A stretch of DNA of 63,992 nucleotides, counting the filler, from an uncultured Methanosarcinales archaeon (GTDB taxonomy: Archaea; Nanobdellota; Nanobdellia; Woesearchaeales; CAZKBD01), in NCBI GenBank assembly GCA_964550945.1. It is 5 parts of 5 records of this genome, joined end to end, with 100 filler letters (N's around TTAATTAATTAA, not from the genome) between each part and the next. Parts side by side here need not be neighbours in the genome. Positions count along the whole stretch, not along the records: positions 1 to 14,420 come from CAZKBD010000046.1; positions 14,521 to 28,735 come from CAZKBD010000047.1; 3 more parts are not named here. One strand, given 5' to 3'. The translations under genes and the position numbers were made by a program. Below, in pieces: positions 9,841-19,426 of this stretch (position 1 is the stretch's first letter; every line of letters starts with the position of its first letter). The notes under the pieces are model-generated. The model was not told the origin of the DNA. It saw nothing but the letters and a program-made list of their open reading frames with translations, and did no database searches.

Positions 9841-11106
9841 TTATGTGCCTTCCTGCCACGATGTGCTATACTTTTTCTGTTCCTCAGTCATTGAGTCAAT
9901 CTTAATGCCCATAGATTCGAGCTGCAATCTAGCAATTTTATCATCGTTTTCTTTCGGCAGGACATAAACTTTAGAATCCAACCTTCCTTTATTCTTGACT
10001 AGGAATTCACAGGCAAAGGCCTGATTGATAAACGACATAGCCATTATTGTTGATGGATGCCCCTCACCGGCAGCGAGATTAATAAGGCGGGCTTCTCCTA
10101 AAATGAATATTGCTTTTCCATCATCTAACGTGAACTCGTCCATAAAAGGCCTTATCTTCCTTTGTTTCTTAGCAACTTTTTTTAATCCATTTATATTAAT
10201 CTCAGCATCAAAATGCCCTGAATTAGCAAGAATAGCCCCTCCTTTCATCAGCTTCATATGATCAACATCAATAACATTTTTATTGCCTGTAACTGTTACA
10301 AAAATGTCCCCTATCTTTGCAGCTTCTTTGATGGGCATCACTCTGAATCCATCCATAACTGCCTGTAAAGCCCTAAATGCATCAACTTCAGTTACAATGA
10401 CATTAGCATCCATTCCTTTTGCTCTTTTTGCAACCCCTTTTCCACAATCACCATAGCCGCACACAACAAAATTCTTTCCTGCAATTAAAACATTGGTTGC
10501 CCTTAAAATACCGTCTATGGTGCTTTGGCCAGTTCCTTTTACATTATCCATCAGGTGCTTTGTGTCTGATTCATTTACTGCCACAATTGGGTATCTTAAG
10601 GCATTATCTTTTTCCATTGCCCTTAACCTTATGACTCCAGTTGTTGTTTCTTCACAACCTCCAATTATATCTTTTATTAATTGAGGGTGTTTTGAATGAA
10701 TCTCGCTTACCAAATCACAACCATCATCAATTGTTATTTGCGGCTTAAATTCTATAACTTTGTTTAAAAATTTGTAATAATCCTCTTTTGTTTAGCCTTT
10801 ATACGCCCAAACTTTCATTCCTTCACTGGCAAGTGCTGCAGCCACATCGTCTTGAGTGCTTAAAGGATTACAAGAGCAAGAAGCGACATCTGCTCCACCA
10901 TCAATTAATGTTTTAATCAAAACTGCGGTTTCTTTTGTTATATGCAAACAAGAACCGATTTTTAGCCCTTTCAATGGCTTTTCTTCCTGAAAGCGCTCTC
11001 TAACTTTGAGCAGGGCACCCATCTGCGATTCTGCCCATTCAATGTTCTTTTTTCCTTGATCTGCCAGTTTGATGTCTTTAACTTCGTAATTATTCCCTTT
11101 GTCCAT
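9841..11106 (-). pseudogene. ahcY: Adenosylhomocysteinase interrupted by one in-frame TAA (10792-10794)
   Basis: HITKET, SCNPLSTQDDVAAAL, IDDG.DL, EETTTG, GYGDCGKG, NLAAGEGHP. The two ORF halves are in frame across the stop. Confidence 0.85.
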
Positions 11107-11167
11107 AATATCACCGTTAGGATAGAGCGTTATAAGGTTTAATATACTTTATCCTCAGAAAAATTGA

Positions 11168-11231
11168 ATTTGTCCAAGTTTTTTGGTTATTTTTGGACAA
11201 ATAACGAAAAGTTTATATATATGTTGGACAG
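11168..11231. promoter_or_regulatory. Divergent ahcY/lrp control region with three TTGGACA half-sites and a BRE/TATA
   Basis: TTTGTCCAA...TTGGACAAA inverted pair, CGAAAAGTTTATATA, then a third TTGGACA at 11224. Confidence 0.5.
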
Positions 11232-11353
11232 TAATAATGACAACGCCAGATTTTGTTTGGCTCTCTGAACAAAACCCCCAATGTTTTAGCTTGAATTTGG
11301 CGCTCTGTTCTTTGAACTTCAGGGGGCCTATTTTTTTTTATTTCGGTGAAAAT

Positions 11354-11785
11354 ATGTACGCGCTGGATGAAAAAGACCACAAAATCATAGAAATTCTTAA
11401 GCAGGATTCCAGATTTTCAATCAGGGATATAGCCAAGAAGACAGGGATAAGGCCAAGCACAGTGCACCAAAGGATCACTCAGCTTAGGAAAAATANNNNN
11501 NNNNNGATAGAGAAGTTCACGCTAAAACTAAATAATGATGCAGTAGGCGAGAATTTTATTGTATTCATGCTTGTCAATACAACTAAGGATTTGGATGTCA
11601 AGACTGTCCATAACAACCATATCAAGGAATTATTTGGCGTTACTGGCGAATATGACCTGATAATCAAGCTCAAATTTAAGGATGTAAACGAGTTTAATGA
11701 TTTTGTTATTGATTTCAGGAAAAGGGAAGGTGTAAAGGAAACTTTGACAATGGTTGCCACTATTAACCTGAAGGAAGACATATAA
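11354..11785 (+). CDS. Lrp/AsnC family transcriptional regulator (10-N gap inside)
   Basis: LDEKDHKIIEILKQDSR.SIRDIAKKTG..PSTVHQRI, VTGEYDL; GGTGA SD before ATG 11354. Confidence 0.9.
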   Translation: MYALDEKDHKIIEILKQDSRFSIRDIAKKTGIRPSTVHQRITQLRKNXXXXIEKFTLKLNNDAVGENFIVFMLVNTTKDLDVKTVHNNHIKELFGVTGEYDLIIKLKFKDVNEFNDFVIDFRKREGVKETLTMVATINLKEDI

Positions 11786-11878
11786 AAAAAAGAGGCAGCG
11801 GAAACGAGAAAATTAAAAAATTTTCTCTAGTTCAAAAGTATTTCATACTTTATAAACAATAAAAAAAGAGGTGCTTAG

Positions 11879-14290
11879 ATGGAAAAAGATAAACAGCTTA
11901 TTTTATGGTTTGACCAAATTTCTATAGATGATGTCCAATTAGTTGGCGGAAAAAATGCCTCCCTAGGAGAGATGTATAGGACATTAACGCCAAAAGGAGT
12001 AAATATCCCTAATGGGTTTGCAGTTACTGCTTTGGCTTATAGATCTTTTCTAGACAAGTCAGGAGTTACTGAAAAAATAAAGCAAATACTCTCAGACCTT
12101 AATACAAGCGACATTAAAAATCTTGTAGCGAGAGGGAAAAATGTAAGGGAAACAATCCTACAAGCTGAACTTCCAGAAGAATTAAAAAACTGCATTATTG
12201 AGGCTTACGGCCATTTGTGCCTGCAGTATGGCAAGGATTGTGATGTAGCTGTCAGAAGCTCTGCAACTGCAGAGGACTTACCTGATGCCAGCTTTGCCGG
12301 TCAACAGGAAACATATCTGAATATAAGGGGCGGCAAGGATCTGATAGATGCGTGCAAAAGATGTTTTGCCTCTCTGTTCACCAATAGGGCTATCTCATAC
12401 AGGGTTGACAAGGGCTTTGACCATTTTAAAATTGCATTGTCCATTGGTGTAGAGAAAATGGTAAGGTCTGATAAAGCTTGCTCTGGAGTCATGTTTTCAA
12501 TAGACACAGAATCAGGATTTAAGGATGTGATATTCATAAACGGGGCTTATGGGTTAGGAGAAAATATTGTCCAGGGAGCGGTTAATCCTGACGAATACCA
12601 CATCTTCAAGCCTACCTTACGCCAGGGTAAAAAACCGATCTTATCCAAGGCACTGGGAGATAAAAAAATTAAGATGATCTATACAAAAGACCAAAAGAAA
12701 CACACTAAAAATGTTGCAGTGCCAGAAAATGAAAGAAGAAAATTCTGCCTAAGTGATGATGAGATAATGATCTTGGCTAACTGGGCATGCATCATTGAGG
12801 AGCATTATAGCGAGAAAAGGAGGCAATATACTCCTATGGACATGGAGTGGGCTAAGGACGGCGTTAATAACAAGCTGTTCATTGTCCAAGCCAGGCCAGA
12901 AACAGTACAATCCCAGAGAAACAGGAATTTTCTTGAAGAATACCTGTTAAAGGAAAAAGGAGCTATTATCGCAAAAGGCCATAGTGTTGGAGAAAAGATC
13001 GGCCAAGGTGAAGCACATGTAATTAAGGATGTAAAACAAATTGGAAATTTTACCAAAGGGCAGGTATTGGTAACAGATATGACTGATCCTGATTGGGAGC
13101 CTATTATGAAGATTGCTTCTGCTATTGTTACAAACAGGGGCGGGAGAACTTGCCATGCAGCAATTATTTCTCGTGAATTAGGAATACCTTGTGTGGTTGG
13201 GACAAATAATGGAACAGAAGTTCTTAAAAATCATGAAAAAATAACTGTAAGCTGCGCTGAAGGCGAAGAGGGATTTGTTTACAAAGGATTATTAAAATTT
13301 GAAATTAAAAAAACAGATCTGCAGCAGATACCAAAACCAAAAACAAAAATAATGATGAATGTGGGGAATCCAGAACAAGCTTTTGAGTTAAGCTTTATCC
13401 CTAATGAAGGAGTTGGATTAGCTCGTGAAGAGTTTATAATAAATGAATACATCAAAATACATCCAAAGGCGCTGATCCATTTCAGTAAACTAAAAGATAA
13501 ACAGGCTAAGAAGCAGATAGAGCAATTGACATTTGGCTATACAAACAAATCAGATTATTTTGTAGACAAACTATCACAAGGGGTTTCTATAATAGCTGCT
13601 GCTTTTTACCCTAAACCAGTCATATTAAGGTTTAGTGATTTTAAAAGCAATGAATACAGGAACTTAATTGGCGGTAAGGAGTTTGAGCCAACTGAAGACA
13701 ACCCTATGATTGGCTGGAGAGGGGCAAGCAGATATTATGATAAAAATTACAAGGATTGTTTTGCACTCGAATGCAAAGCAATAAAACAAGTAAGGGAAGA
13801 GATGGGATTGACAAATCTTATTGTGATGATCCCATTCTGCAGGACTGTTGAAGAGGGCAAACAGGTCTTGGCTGAGATGGATACAAATGGGTTAAAGAGG
13901 GGAGAGAATGGGCTTCAAGTCTATGTTATGTGTGAAATACCATCTAATGTCATCCTAGCGGATAAGTTCAGCGAGATATTTGACGGATTTAGCATAGGGT
14001 CAAATGATCTGACTCAATTGACTTTGGGGCTGGATAGGGATAGTGAGCTGGTTTCTAGAATATACGATGAGAGAAACGAGGCTGTGAAAAGGTTAATCAG
14101 CCAAGTGATTAGGGTAGCTAAGGAAAAAGGGAAGAAGATTGGGATCTGCGGAGAAGCTGCATCAATACCAGAATTCGCCAGGTTCTTGGTTGAATGTGGA
14201 ATAGATTCAGTATCAACGGTGCCAGATGCAAGCATTAAAACAAGGATAGCTGTGTTTGATGAAGAGAAAAAGCTAGGGTTGCATAATTGA
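11879..14290 (+). CDS. ppsA: Phosphoenolpyruvate synthase
   Basis: VGGKNASLGEM, AVRSSATAEDLPDASFAGQQET, GGRTCHAAIISRE (phospho-His), SIGSNDLTQ. Confidence 0.97.
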   Translation: MEKDKQLILWFDQISIDDVQLVGGKNASLGEMYRTLTPKGVNIPNGFAVTALAYRSFLDKSGVTEKIKQILSDLNTSDIKNLVARGKNVRETILQAELPEELKNCIIEAYGHLCLQYGKDCDVAVRSSATAEDLPDASFAGQQETYLNIRGGKDLIDACKRCFASLFTNRAISYRVDKGFDHFKIALSIGVEKMVRSDKACSGVMFSIDTESGFKDVIFINGAYGLGENIVQGAVNPDEYHIFKPTLRQGKKPILSKALGDKKIKMIYTKDQKKHTKNVAVPENERRKFCLSDDEIMILANWACIIEEHYSEKRRQYTPMDMEWAKDGVNNKLFIVQARPETVQSQRNRNFLEEYLLKEKGAIIAKGHSVGEKIGQGEAHVIKDVKQIGNFTKGQVLVTDMTDPDWEPIMKIASAIVTNRGGRTCHAAIISRELGIPCVVGTNNGTEVLKNHEKITVSCAEGEEGFVYKGLLKFEIKKTDLQQIPKPKTKIMMNVGNPEQAFELSFIPNEGVGLAREEFIINEYIKIHPKALIHFSKLKDKQAKKQIEQLTFGYTNKSDYFVDKLSQGVSIIAAAFYPKPVILRFSDFKSNEYRNLIGGKEFEPTEDNPMIGWRGASRYYDKNYKDCFALECKAIKQVREEMGLTNLIVMIPFCRTVEEGKQVLAEMDTNGLKRGENGLQVYVMCEIPSNVILADKFSEIFDGFSIGSNDLTQLTLGLDRDSELVSRIYDERNEAVKRLISQVIRVAKEKGKKIGICGEAASIPEFARFLVECGIDSVSTVPDASIKTRIAVFDEEKKLGLHN

Positions 14291-14365
14291 TTTGGGCCCC
14301 ATTGGACACCCATTAGCACTGGACATGGACGCGTAGCCTATTTAAATAACCTATTTCTACACATT

Positions 14366-14420
14366 TAGAATTCCTCTTTCCACCAGTCTATAGCGAGCCA
14401 AGAGCGGTGACTGGTGGGAT
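14366..14420. mobile_element. Truncated MITE-like hairpin at contig end
   Basis: TAGAATTCCTCT start resembles the TAGCATTCCACT terminus at 61068; CCACCAGTC...GACTGGTGG stem; the assembly breaks inside it. Confidence 0.4.
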
Positions 14421-14520
14421 NNNNNNNNNNNNNNNNNNNNNNNNNNNNNNNNNNNNNNNNNNNNTTAATTAATTAANNNNNNNNNNNNNNNNNNNNNNNN
14501 NNNNNNNNNNNNNNNNNNNN
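14421..14520. other. Artificial contig linker
   Basis: N-run with TTAATTAATTAA (stops in all six frames). Confidence 0.97.
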
Positions 14521-14640
14521 AAATTTAAAGAAAATACTTAATGAACAGGTTTTTGTAAAAAACGCAAAAGTCTAAAAACAGCAACATTTAAATATCTACT
14601 CCAAAATAAATTTACTGACAAAAAATTCTTGTTAAAGGGG

Positions 14641-15666
14641 ATGGTCTTGAAAATAGCTTTGCTGTTCAATAAAAAAAGAGAAGTGCCTTTAGATAAGCCT
14701 AAAGATTTCTATGCTGAATTTGATTCTAAAGAGACGATAAATGACTTAAAGAGCGCGATCGAAGCTAATGGCCACGAAGTGATGATAATAGAAGCGGATG
14801 AGGATGCATACATAGAGCTAAAAAACAACAAGGATAAAATAGATTTTGTTTTTAACTTTGCAGAAGGCATCGGAGGAGAAAGTCGAGAAAGCCAAATTCC
14901 CATTTTTTGTGAATTATTGGATATCCCTTACTTAGGATGCGGCCCATTAAGCTCTGCAATCATTCTGGACAAGGCAAGAACTAAAGAGATTCTAAGTTAT
15001 TATAATATTCCTACTCCTAAATTTCAGGTATTCGCTGATGAAAATGAAAAATTAAACAATTTAAAGTTTCCGATATTAGTAAAGCCTGTTGCAGAAGGCT
15101 CTTCAAAAGGATTAAAAAATGAGAATCTTGTAAAAAACAATGAAGAGTTAAGAGAGATAGTCAAAAAGATTAGAGAATGTTATAGCCAAAAAGCGATTGC
15201 TGAAGAGTTTTTAGAAGGAAGGGAATTTACAGTCTCGATGATTGGGAACCAAGCTCCATTAATCCTCCCGATTGTTGAAATTAAGTTTGACCATCTTCCA
15301 AAAGAGCTTAACAGATTTGACCATTATGAAGCAAAATGGCACTATGACAATCCAGATTACATCAAAAAGCATAAAATTGAGCCAGTTGTTTGCCCGGCAA
15401 AGATAGGCAAGCACCTTGAAGCAGCTATCCTTAATGTTGCATTGGAAGCATTCAAAGCATTAGGCTGCAGGGACTGGGCAAGAATAGATATAAGGTTAGA
15501 CAAAGATGACATACCTAATGTTATTGAAGTGAACAGCCCTGCTGGATTGATAAAAGACCCCAAAGAGAATTCAAGAATGCCAAAATCAGCATATGTTCAT
15601 GGCTGGAGTTATGAAAAGCTAATTGGAGAAATTCTAGATGCTGGCTTGAAAAGGTATAACCTATGA
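14641..15666 (+). CDS. D-Ala-D-Ala-ligase-like ATP-grasp ligase
   Basis: VFNFAEG...RESQIP, LDK, VKPVAEGSSKG, EEFLEGREF, RIDIR, IEVN. Confidence 0.88.
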   Translation: MVLKIALLFNKKREVPLDKPKDFYAEFDSKETINDLKSAIEANGHEVMIIEADEDAYIELKNNKDKIDFVFNFAEGIGGESRESQIPIFCELLDIPYLGCGPLSSAIILDKARTKEILSYYNIPTPKFQVFADENEKLNNLKFPILVKPVAEGSSKGLKNENLVKNNEELREIVKKIRECYSQKAIAEEFLEGREFTVSMIGNQAPLILPIVEIKFDHLPKELNRFDHYEAKWHYDNPDYIKKHKIEPVVCPAKIGKHLEAAILNVALEAFKALGCRDWARIDIRLDKDDIPNVIEVNSPAGLIKDPKENSRMPKSAYVHGWSYEKLIGEILDAGLKRYNL

Positions 15667-16667
15667 GAATTGCAGTTATTTTCACAGAAAGGCAGGATAT
15701 GCCATCACTTTATAAAAAAGATTGGGAAGGAAGGGACAAAAACCAGGACAAAGATTCTGTCATAAAATCATTAAAAACACTGGGCCATAAAGTTGTCAGT
15801 TATCCAGCTGACGTTCAGCTGTTTGAAACATTAAGAAAAAACAAAAAAGATATAAACCTTATATTCAATCTATGCGATGATGGCTTTCTCTCAAATGCTA
15901 AATTTGAGCCTCATATCCCTGCTATGCTCGATCTAATCGGCATAGATTATACTGGAGGGGATTATTTATCACTTGCCCTCACTTCAGACAAAGGCATCGC
16001 TAAAAAACTGCTGGCTTACCATAAGTTGTCCACTCCAGAATTCCAGATTTTTGAACATTCTAATGAAAATAACGAAAAAACAAAATTAAGATTTCCATTG
16101 ATTGTTAAGCCAGCAAGAGAGGATGCAAGCATAGGAATCAAAGACGATTCTGTTGTAAAAAATGAGCTGGAGCTTAAAAAAATGATCGAAACAATCATCA
16201 CAGATTACAACCAGCCTGCTCTGGTTGAAGAGTTTATCCAGGGAAGGGAGTTCAATGTTGCTGTTATTGGAAACAGCGAAGTGCTTCCGATTTCTGAGAT
16301 AAGCTTTAATCTGCCGGAAGGGAAGCCCAATATTGTCAATTATAATGCAAAATGGAAAAAGTCCAGCGTAGACTACAAAGGAACTAAACGGATATGCCCT
16401 GCAGATATAGTAAAAGAATTGGAAAGAAAATTAACATGCATGGCATTAAAAGCAGGCTCAATTTTTGGCTGCAGAGATTATTATAGAGTTGACTTCAGGG
16501 TTGATAAGGAGAATAATCCATACATACTGGAGATAAACCAAAATCCTGATATTTCTGAAGATGCTGGCTTGGCTGCCATGGCAAAAGCAAAAGGTTACCT
16601 TTACAGAGAGCTAATAGCTAAAATACTAGAAAGTGCTTGCAGAAGAAAAAATGGAAATAAAGATTAA
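15663..16667 (+). CDS. D-Ala-D-Ala-ligase-like ATP-grasp ligase (second paralogue)
   Basis: IFNLCD, DK, VKPAREDASIG, EEFIQGREF, RVDFR, LEINQNPDI; ATGA overlap. Confidence 0.88.
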   Translation: MRIAVIFTERQDMPSLYKKDWEGRDKNQDKDSVIKSLKTLGHKVVSYPADVQLFETLRKNKKDINLIFNLCDDGFLSNAKFEPHIPAMLDLIGIDYTGGDYLSLALTSDKGIAKKLLAYHKLSTPEFQIFEHSNENNEKTKLRFPLIVKPAREDASIGIKDDSVVKNELELKKMIETIITDYNQPALVEEFIQGREFNVAVIGNSEVLPISEISFNLPEGKPNIVNYNAKWKKSSVDYKGTKRICPADIVKELERKLTCMALKAGSIFGCRDYYRVDFRVDKENNPYILEINQNPDISEDAGLAAMAKAKGYLYRELIAKILESACRRKNGNKD

Positions 16668-17988
16668 CTTTCTAAAACAGGGATTTCATACCTCTTTGCT
16701 GAAAAACAGCAAGATTTTGTATCCAAAAGATGTATGGGGGTCTATAAAAAAAGAAAATAGGGAGGCTATTGCAGAAAATCTAGCCTATCTGAAGATATCG
16801 CCTTACTCTATGTTCTTTGAGCAGGAATTCTATTTTAATTTTTCTAAGCCTTACCTAAAAGATTTGGGAGACAGAGGAATGATAAAAGATATGCCAAGAA
16901 TAGCTGCAGAAGACAAAACATCAACTAAAAAACTAATGCAAATGTTCAGAAATAAAAAAACCAGATTTAGGGATGTGAATATGAAATTGATTGAAGGTAT
17001 AGGCACTAACGATTCTGCTCTGATTGGAATGTCTTTTGGCAAAGACAGCCTGTTATCCTACGGAATCGCAAAAGAACTTGATCTGGCACCCAAATTAGTC
17101 ATGGTGCAGGACTTTTGGGATATAGAATCTGCTCATAAGCTAGATTTGATCAAAAGATTCAAGAAAGAATTTAATGCTCAAACAGCTATTATTGTAGACG
17201 AACTGAACAGCATTTGTGATGTCAGGAGAATGAATAAAAAAAAATCTGAAGGTATTGTGAATGCGAATGCTATGAATGCTTATATTGCAATGTTTTTGCC
17301 ATTGGCTGAGCATAATAAGGCTAAGTATCTTGTATTTGGCAATGAGCAGAACCTCAATGATTGTTTTATCGACAAAGAAGGGTTCAAGGTATATCCTTCA
17401 TATGACCAAAGCAGTGAATGGATGCAAGAGCAAAACAAATCCCTAAAAGAATTCACGAATAACAGCATACAAGTTACAAGCTTGGTAGAGCCTATTTATA
17501 ACATCGCCGAAGTCAAGGTATTATTTAACCGCTATCCAAAAATAGCCAAATACCAGATGTCCTGCGCATTGCTGAAAATAAAGAAAAAAAAAGAGATGTG
17601 GTGCTATAACTGTGCAATGTGCGCAAGAGCATTTCTCTATTTAACATCTATAGGCATTAACCCTAAGGCCATATCTTTTAATAAAAATTTTCTTGAGAAA
17701 AAATACAAAAATCTGTATCCTCTGTTTAATAAGAATATCTCGACATTATACGAAAAGCCTTTGGCAGCCAGAGACGAGCAGCTTTTTGCTTTTTATTTGG
17801 CATTCAGAAAAGGCAAGAAAGGATATCTTATGGACATTTTCAAAAAAGAATATTTAACTGAAGCAAAAAAACGGGAAGATGAATTGTATAACAGATTTTT
17901 TGGGATTTACAATTCATACAGCATGCCTCCGAGCATAAAGAAAAAAGTGGGATCAATATACAAAGAAGAATTGAGCAATAAGGATTAA
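16651..17988 (+). CDS. PP-loop (adenine nucleotide alpha-hydrolase) enzyme, MurL-like
   Basis: SFGKDSL PP-loop, GNE, SC...WCYNCAMC Cys cluster; overlaps the upstream ligase. Confidence 0.6.
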   Translation: MEIKINFLKQGFHTSLLKNSKILYPKDVWGSIKKENREAIAENLAYLKISPYSMFFEQEFYFNFSKPYLKDLGDRGMIKDMPRIAAEDKTSTKKLMQMFRNKKTRFRDVNMKLIEGIGTNDSALIGMSFGKDSLLSYGIAKELDLAPKLVMVQDFWDIESAHKLDLIKRFKKEFNAQTAIIVDELNSICDVRRMNKKKSEGIVNANAMNAYIAMFLPLAEHNKAKYLVFGNEQNLNDCFIDKEGFKVYPSYDQSSEWMQEQNKSLKEFTNNSIQVTSLVEPIYNIAEVKVLFNRYPKIAKYQMSCALLKIKKKKEMWCYNCAMCARAFLYLTSIGINPKAISFNKNFLEKKYKNLYPLFNKNISTLYEKPLAARDEQLFAFYLAFRKGKKGYLMDIFKKEYLTEAKKREDELYNRFFGIYNSYSMPPSIKKKVGSIYKEELSNKD

Positions 17989-18216
17989 CAAACAAAATAA
18001 AAATTTGAAAATATGCTAATAAATTCAATTTGATAAAAATTATGGGATTATTCTTCCGTCGATAAAAATAAAAAATATATTTTTTAATAAAAATTCCGAA
18101 GAAAAATAAAAAAAATCTCGTTTTTTCCCGACGGAAAAACCAAAAAAACGTTACATTTATATATTAGTATTTCCATAGAAAATTTAAGGAAATCTGAGGA
18201 TTATGGTGAAAAAAAC

Positions 18217-18300
18217 ATGAGTTTGTTGTCGGAAAATATTTCTTTTCTTGTGCGCAAGATTATCAAAAACTTTGCGAACCGTTGCGAAAAAAGGTGTTAG
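18217..18300 (+). CDS. Possible 27-aa leader or precursor peptide upstream of kamA
   Basis: GGTGA SD then ATG; MSLLSENISFLVRKIIKNFANRCEKRC; stops 4 nt before the kamA ATG. Confidence 0.35.
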   Translation: MSLLSENISFLVRKIIKNFANRCEKRC

Positions 18301-18304
18301 CTAG

Positions 18305-19426
18305 ATGGAAGACATAGTAGAAAAAACATTGATCAAAGCAAGTTACACAAAAATAGATCCCCAGGAACTTGAAAATACGCCTATCTGGCAGATACTTCTG
18401 AAAAAAAGTGTTACAAATGAATCAGTTTTGGATGCTATATGCAGGTGCAGGATAGACAAAGATGATCTCAAAGCTGTTATCAAGAAATATCCTATGATGA
18501 TCACCCCTTATTATCTAAGCTTGATTAAGAAAAAAGATGATGCGATCTGGAAACAGTGCATTCCTGATGTGAAAGAGCTTAGCGATTCCCTCGGCCTTGA
18601 CGACCCTTTATGTGAAGAAAGGGATATGCCTGTGCCAGGATTAACACACAGGTATCCGGACAGGGTTCTGTTGCTGGTTTCAAACCAATGCGCAACCTAT
18701 TGTAGATTCTGCACAAGAAAAAGAAAAGTTGGCGATCCATTCAAAAGGATTACCAAAGAACAGATACAAAAAGGGATTGATTACATAAGGGAACATAAGG
18801 AAGTCAGGGATGTTCTTTTGTCAGGCGGCGATCCTTTATTGCTCTCAGACAATTATCTTGAGTCAATACTGAAAGAATTGAGAAAGATAGAGCATATTGA
18901 GGTGATAAGGATTGGAACAAGAGTCCCTTGCACATTGCCTCAGAGGATCACTCCGGAATTATGCAGCATGTTAAAAAAGTATCATCCATTATATGTTAAC
19001 ACTCATTTCAATCATCCAAACGAGATAACCGAGCAAAGCAAAGAAGCTTGTGAGATGCTAGCTGATGCTGGAGTTCCATTAAGCAACCAGACTGTTTTGC
19101 TGAAAGGCGTTAATGATGATGCAAAGGTCATGAAAGAGCTTATGCACAAGCTGCTTAAGATAAGGGTAAAGCCTTATTATATATACCAGGCAGATTATGT
19201 AAAAGGAACAAACCATTTCAGGACAAAAGTCAGAGAAGGCATTGAGATAATAAGAAGCCTGAGGGGCCATACTTCTGGATTGGCTGTCCCTCATTATATA
19301 ATTGACGCTCCAGGTGGAGGAGGTAAAATACCCCTGCTGCCAGATTATTGCTTAGGGACTAACAATAACAAGATAATCCTAAAGAATTACGCAGGAAAGA
19401 TTTTTGAGTATATTGAGCCTTGTTAA
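18305..19426 (+). CDS. kamA: Lysine 2,3-aminomutase (radical SAM, PLP)
   Basis: THRYPDRVL, CATYCRFCTR, SGGDP, NQTVLL, YQAD, IDAPGGGGK (PLP lysine). Confidence 0.92.
   Translation: MEDIVEKTLIKASYTKIDPQELENTPIWQILLKKSVTNESVLDAICRCRIDKDDLKAVIKKYPMMITPYYLSLIKKKDDAIWKQCIPDVKELSDSLGLDDPLCEERDMPVPGLTHRYPDRVLLLVSNQCATYCRFCTRKRKVGDPFKRITKEQIQKGIDYIREHKEVRDVLLSGGDPLLLSDNYLESILKELRKIEHIEVIRIGTRVPCTLPQRITPELCSMLKKYHPLYVNTHFNHPNEITEQSKEACEMLADAGVPLSNQTVLLKGVNDDAKVMKELMHKLLKIRVKPYYIYQADYVKGTNHFRTKVREGIEIIRSLRGHTSGLAVPHYIIDAPGGGGKIPLLPDYCLGTNNNKIILKNYAGKIFEYIEPC

Noticed and set aside
10792..10794. Stop-codon reassignment or selenocysteine/pyrrolysine readthrough in ahcY
   Set aside because: The codon is TAA, which terminates many genes here, and no other gene shows internal stops.
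14641..17988. Peptidoglycan synthesis (true ddl plus mur operon)
   Set aside because: The ligases lack the canonical Ddl N-terminal GGxSxE and NTxPG context, and no Mur ligases, mraY or PBPs are present.
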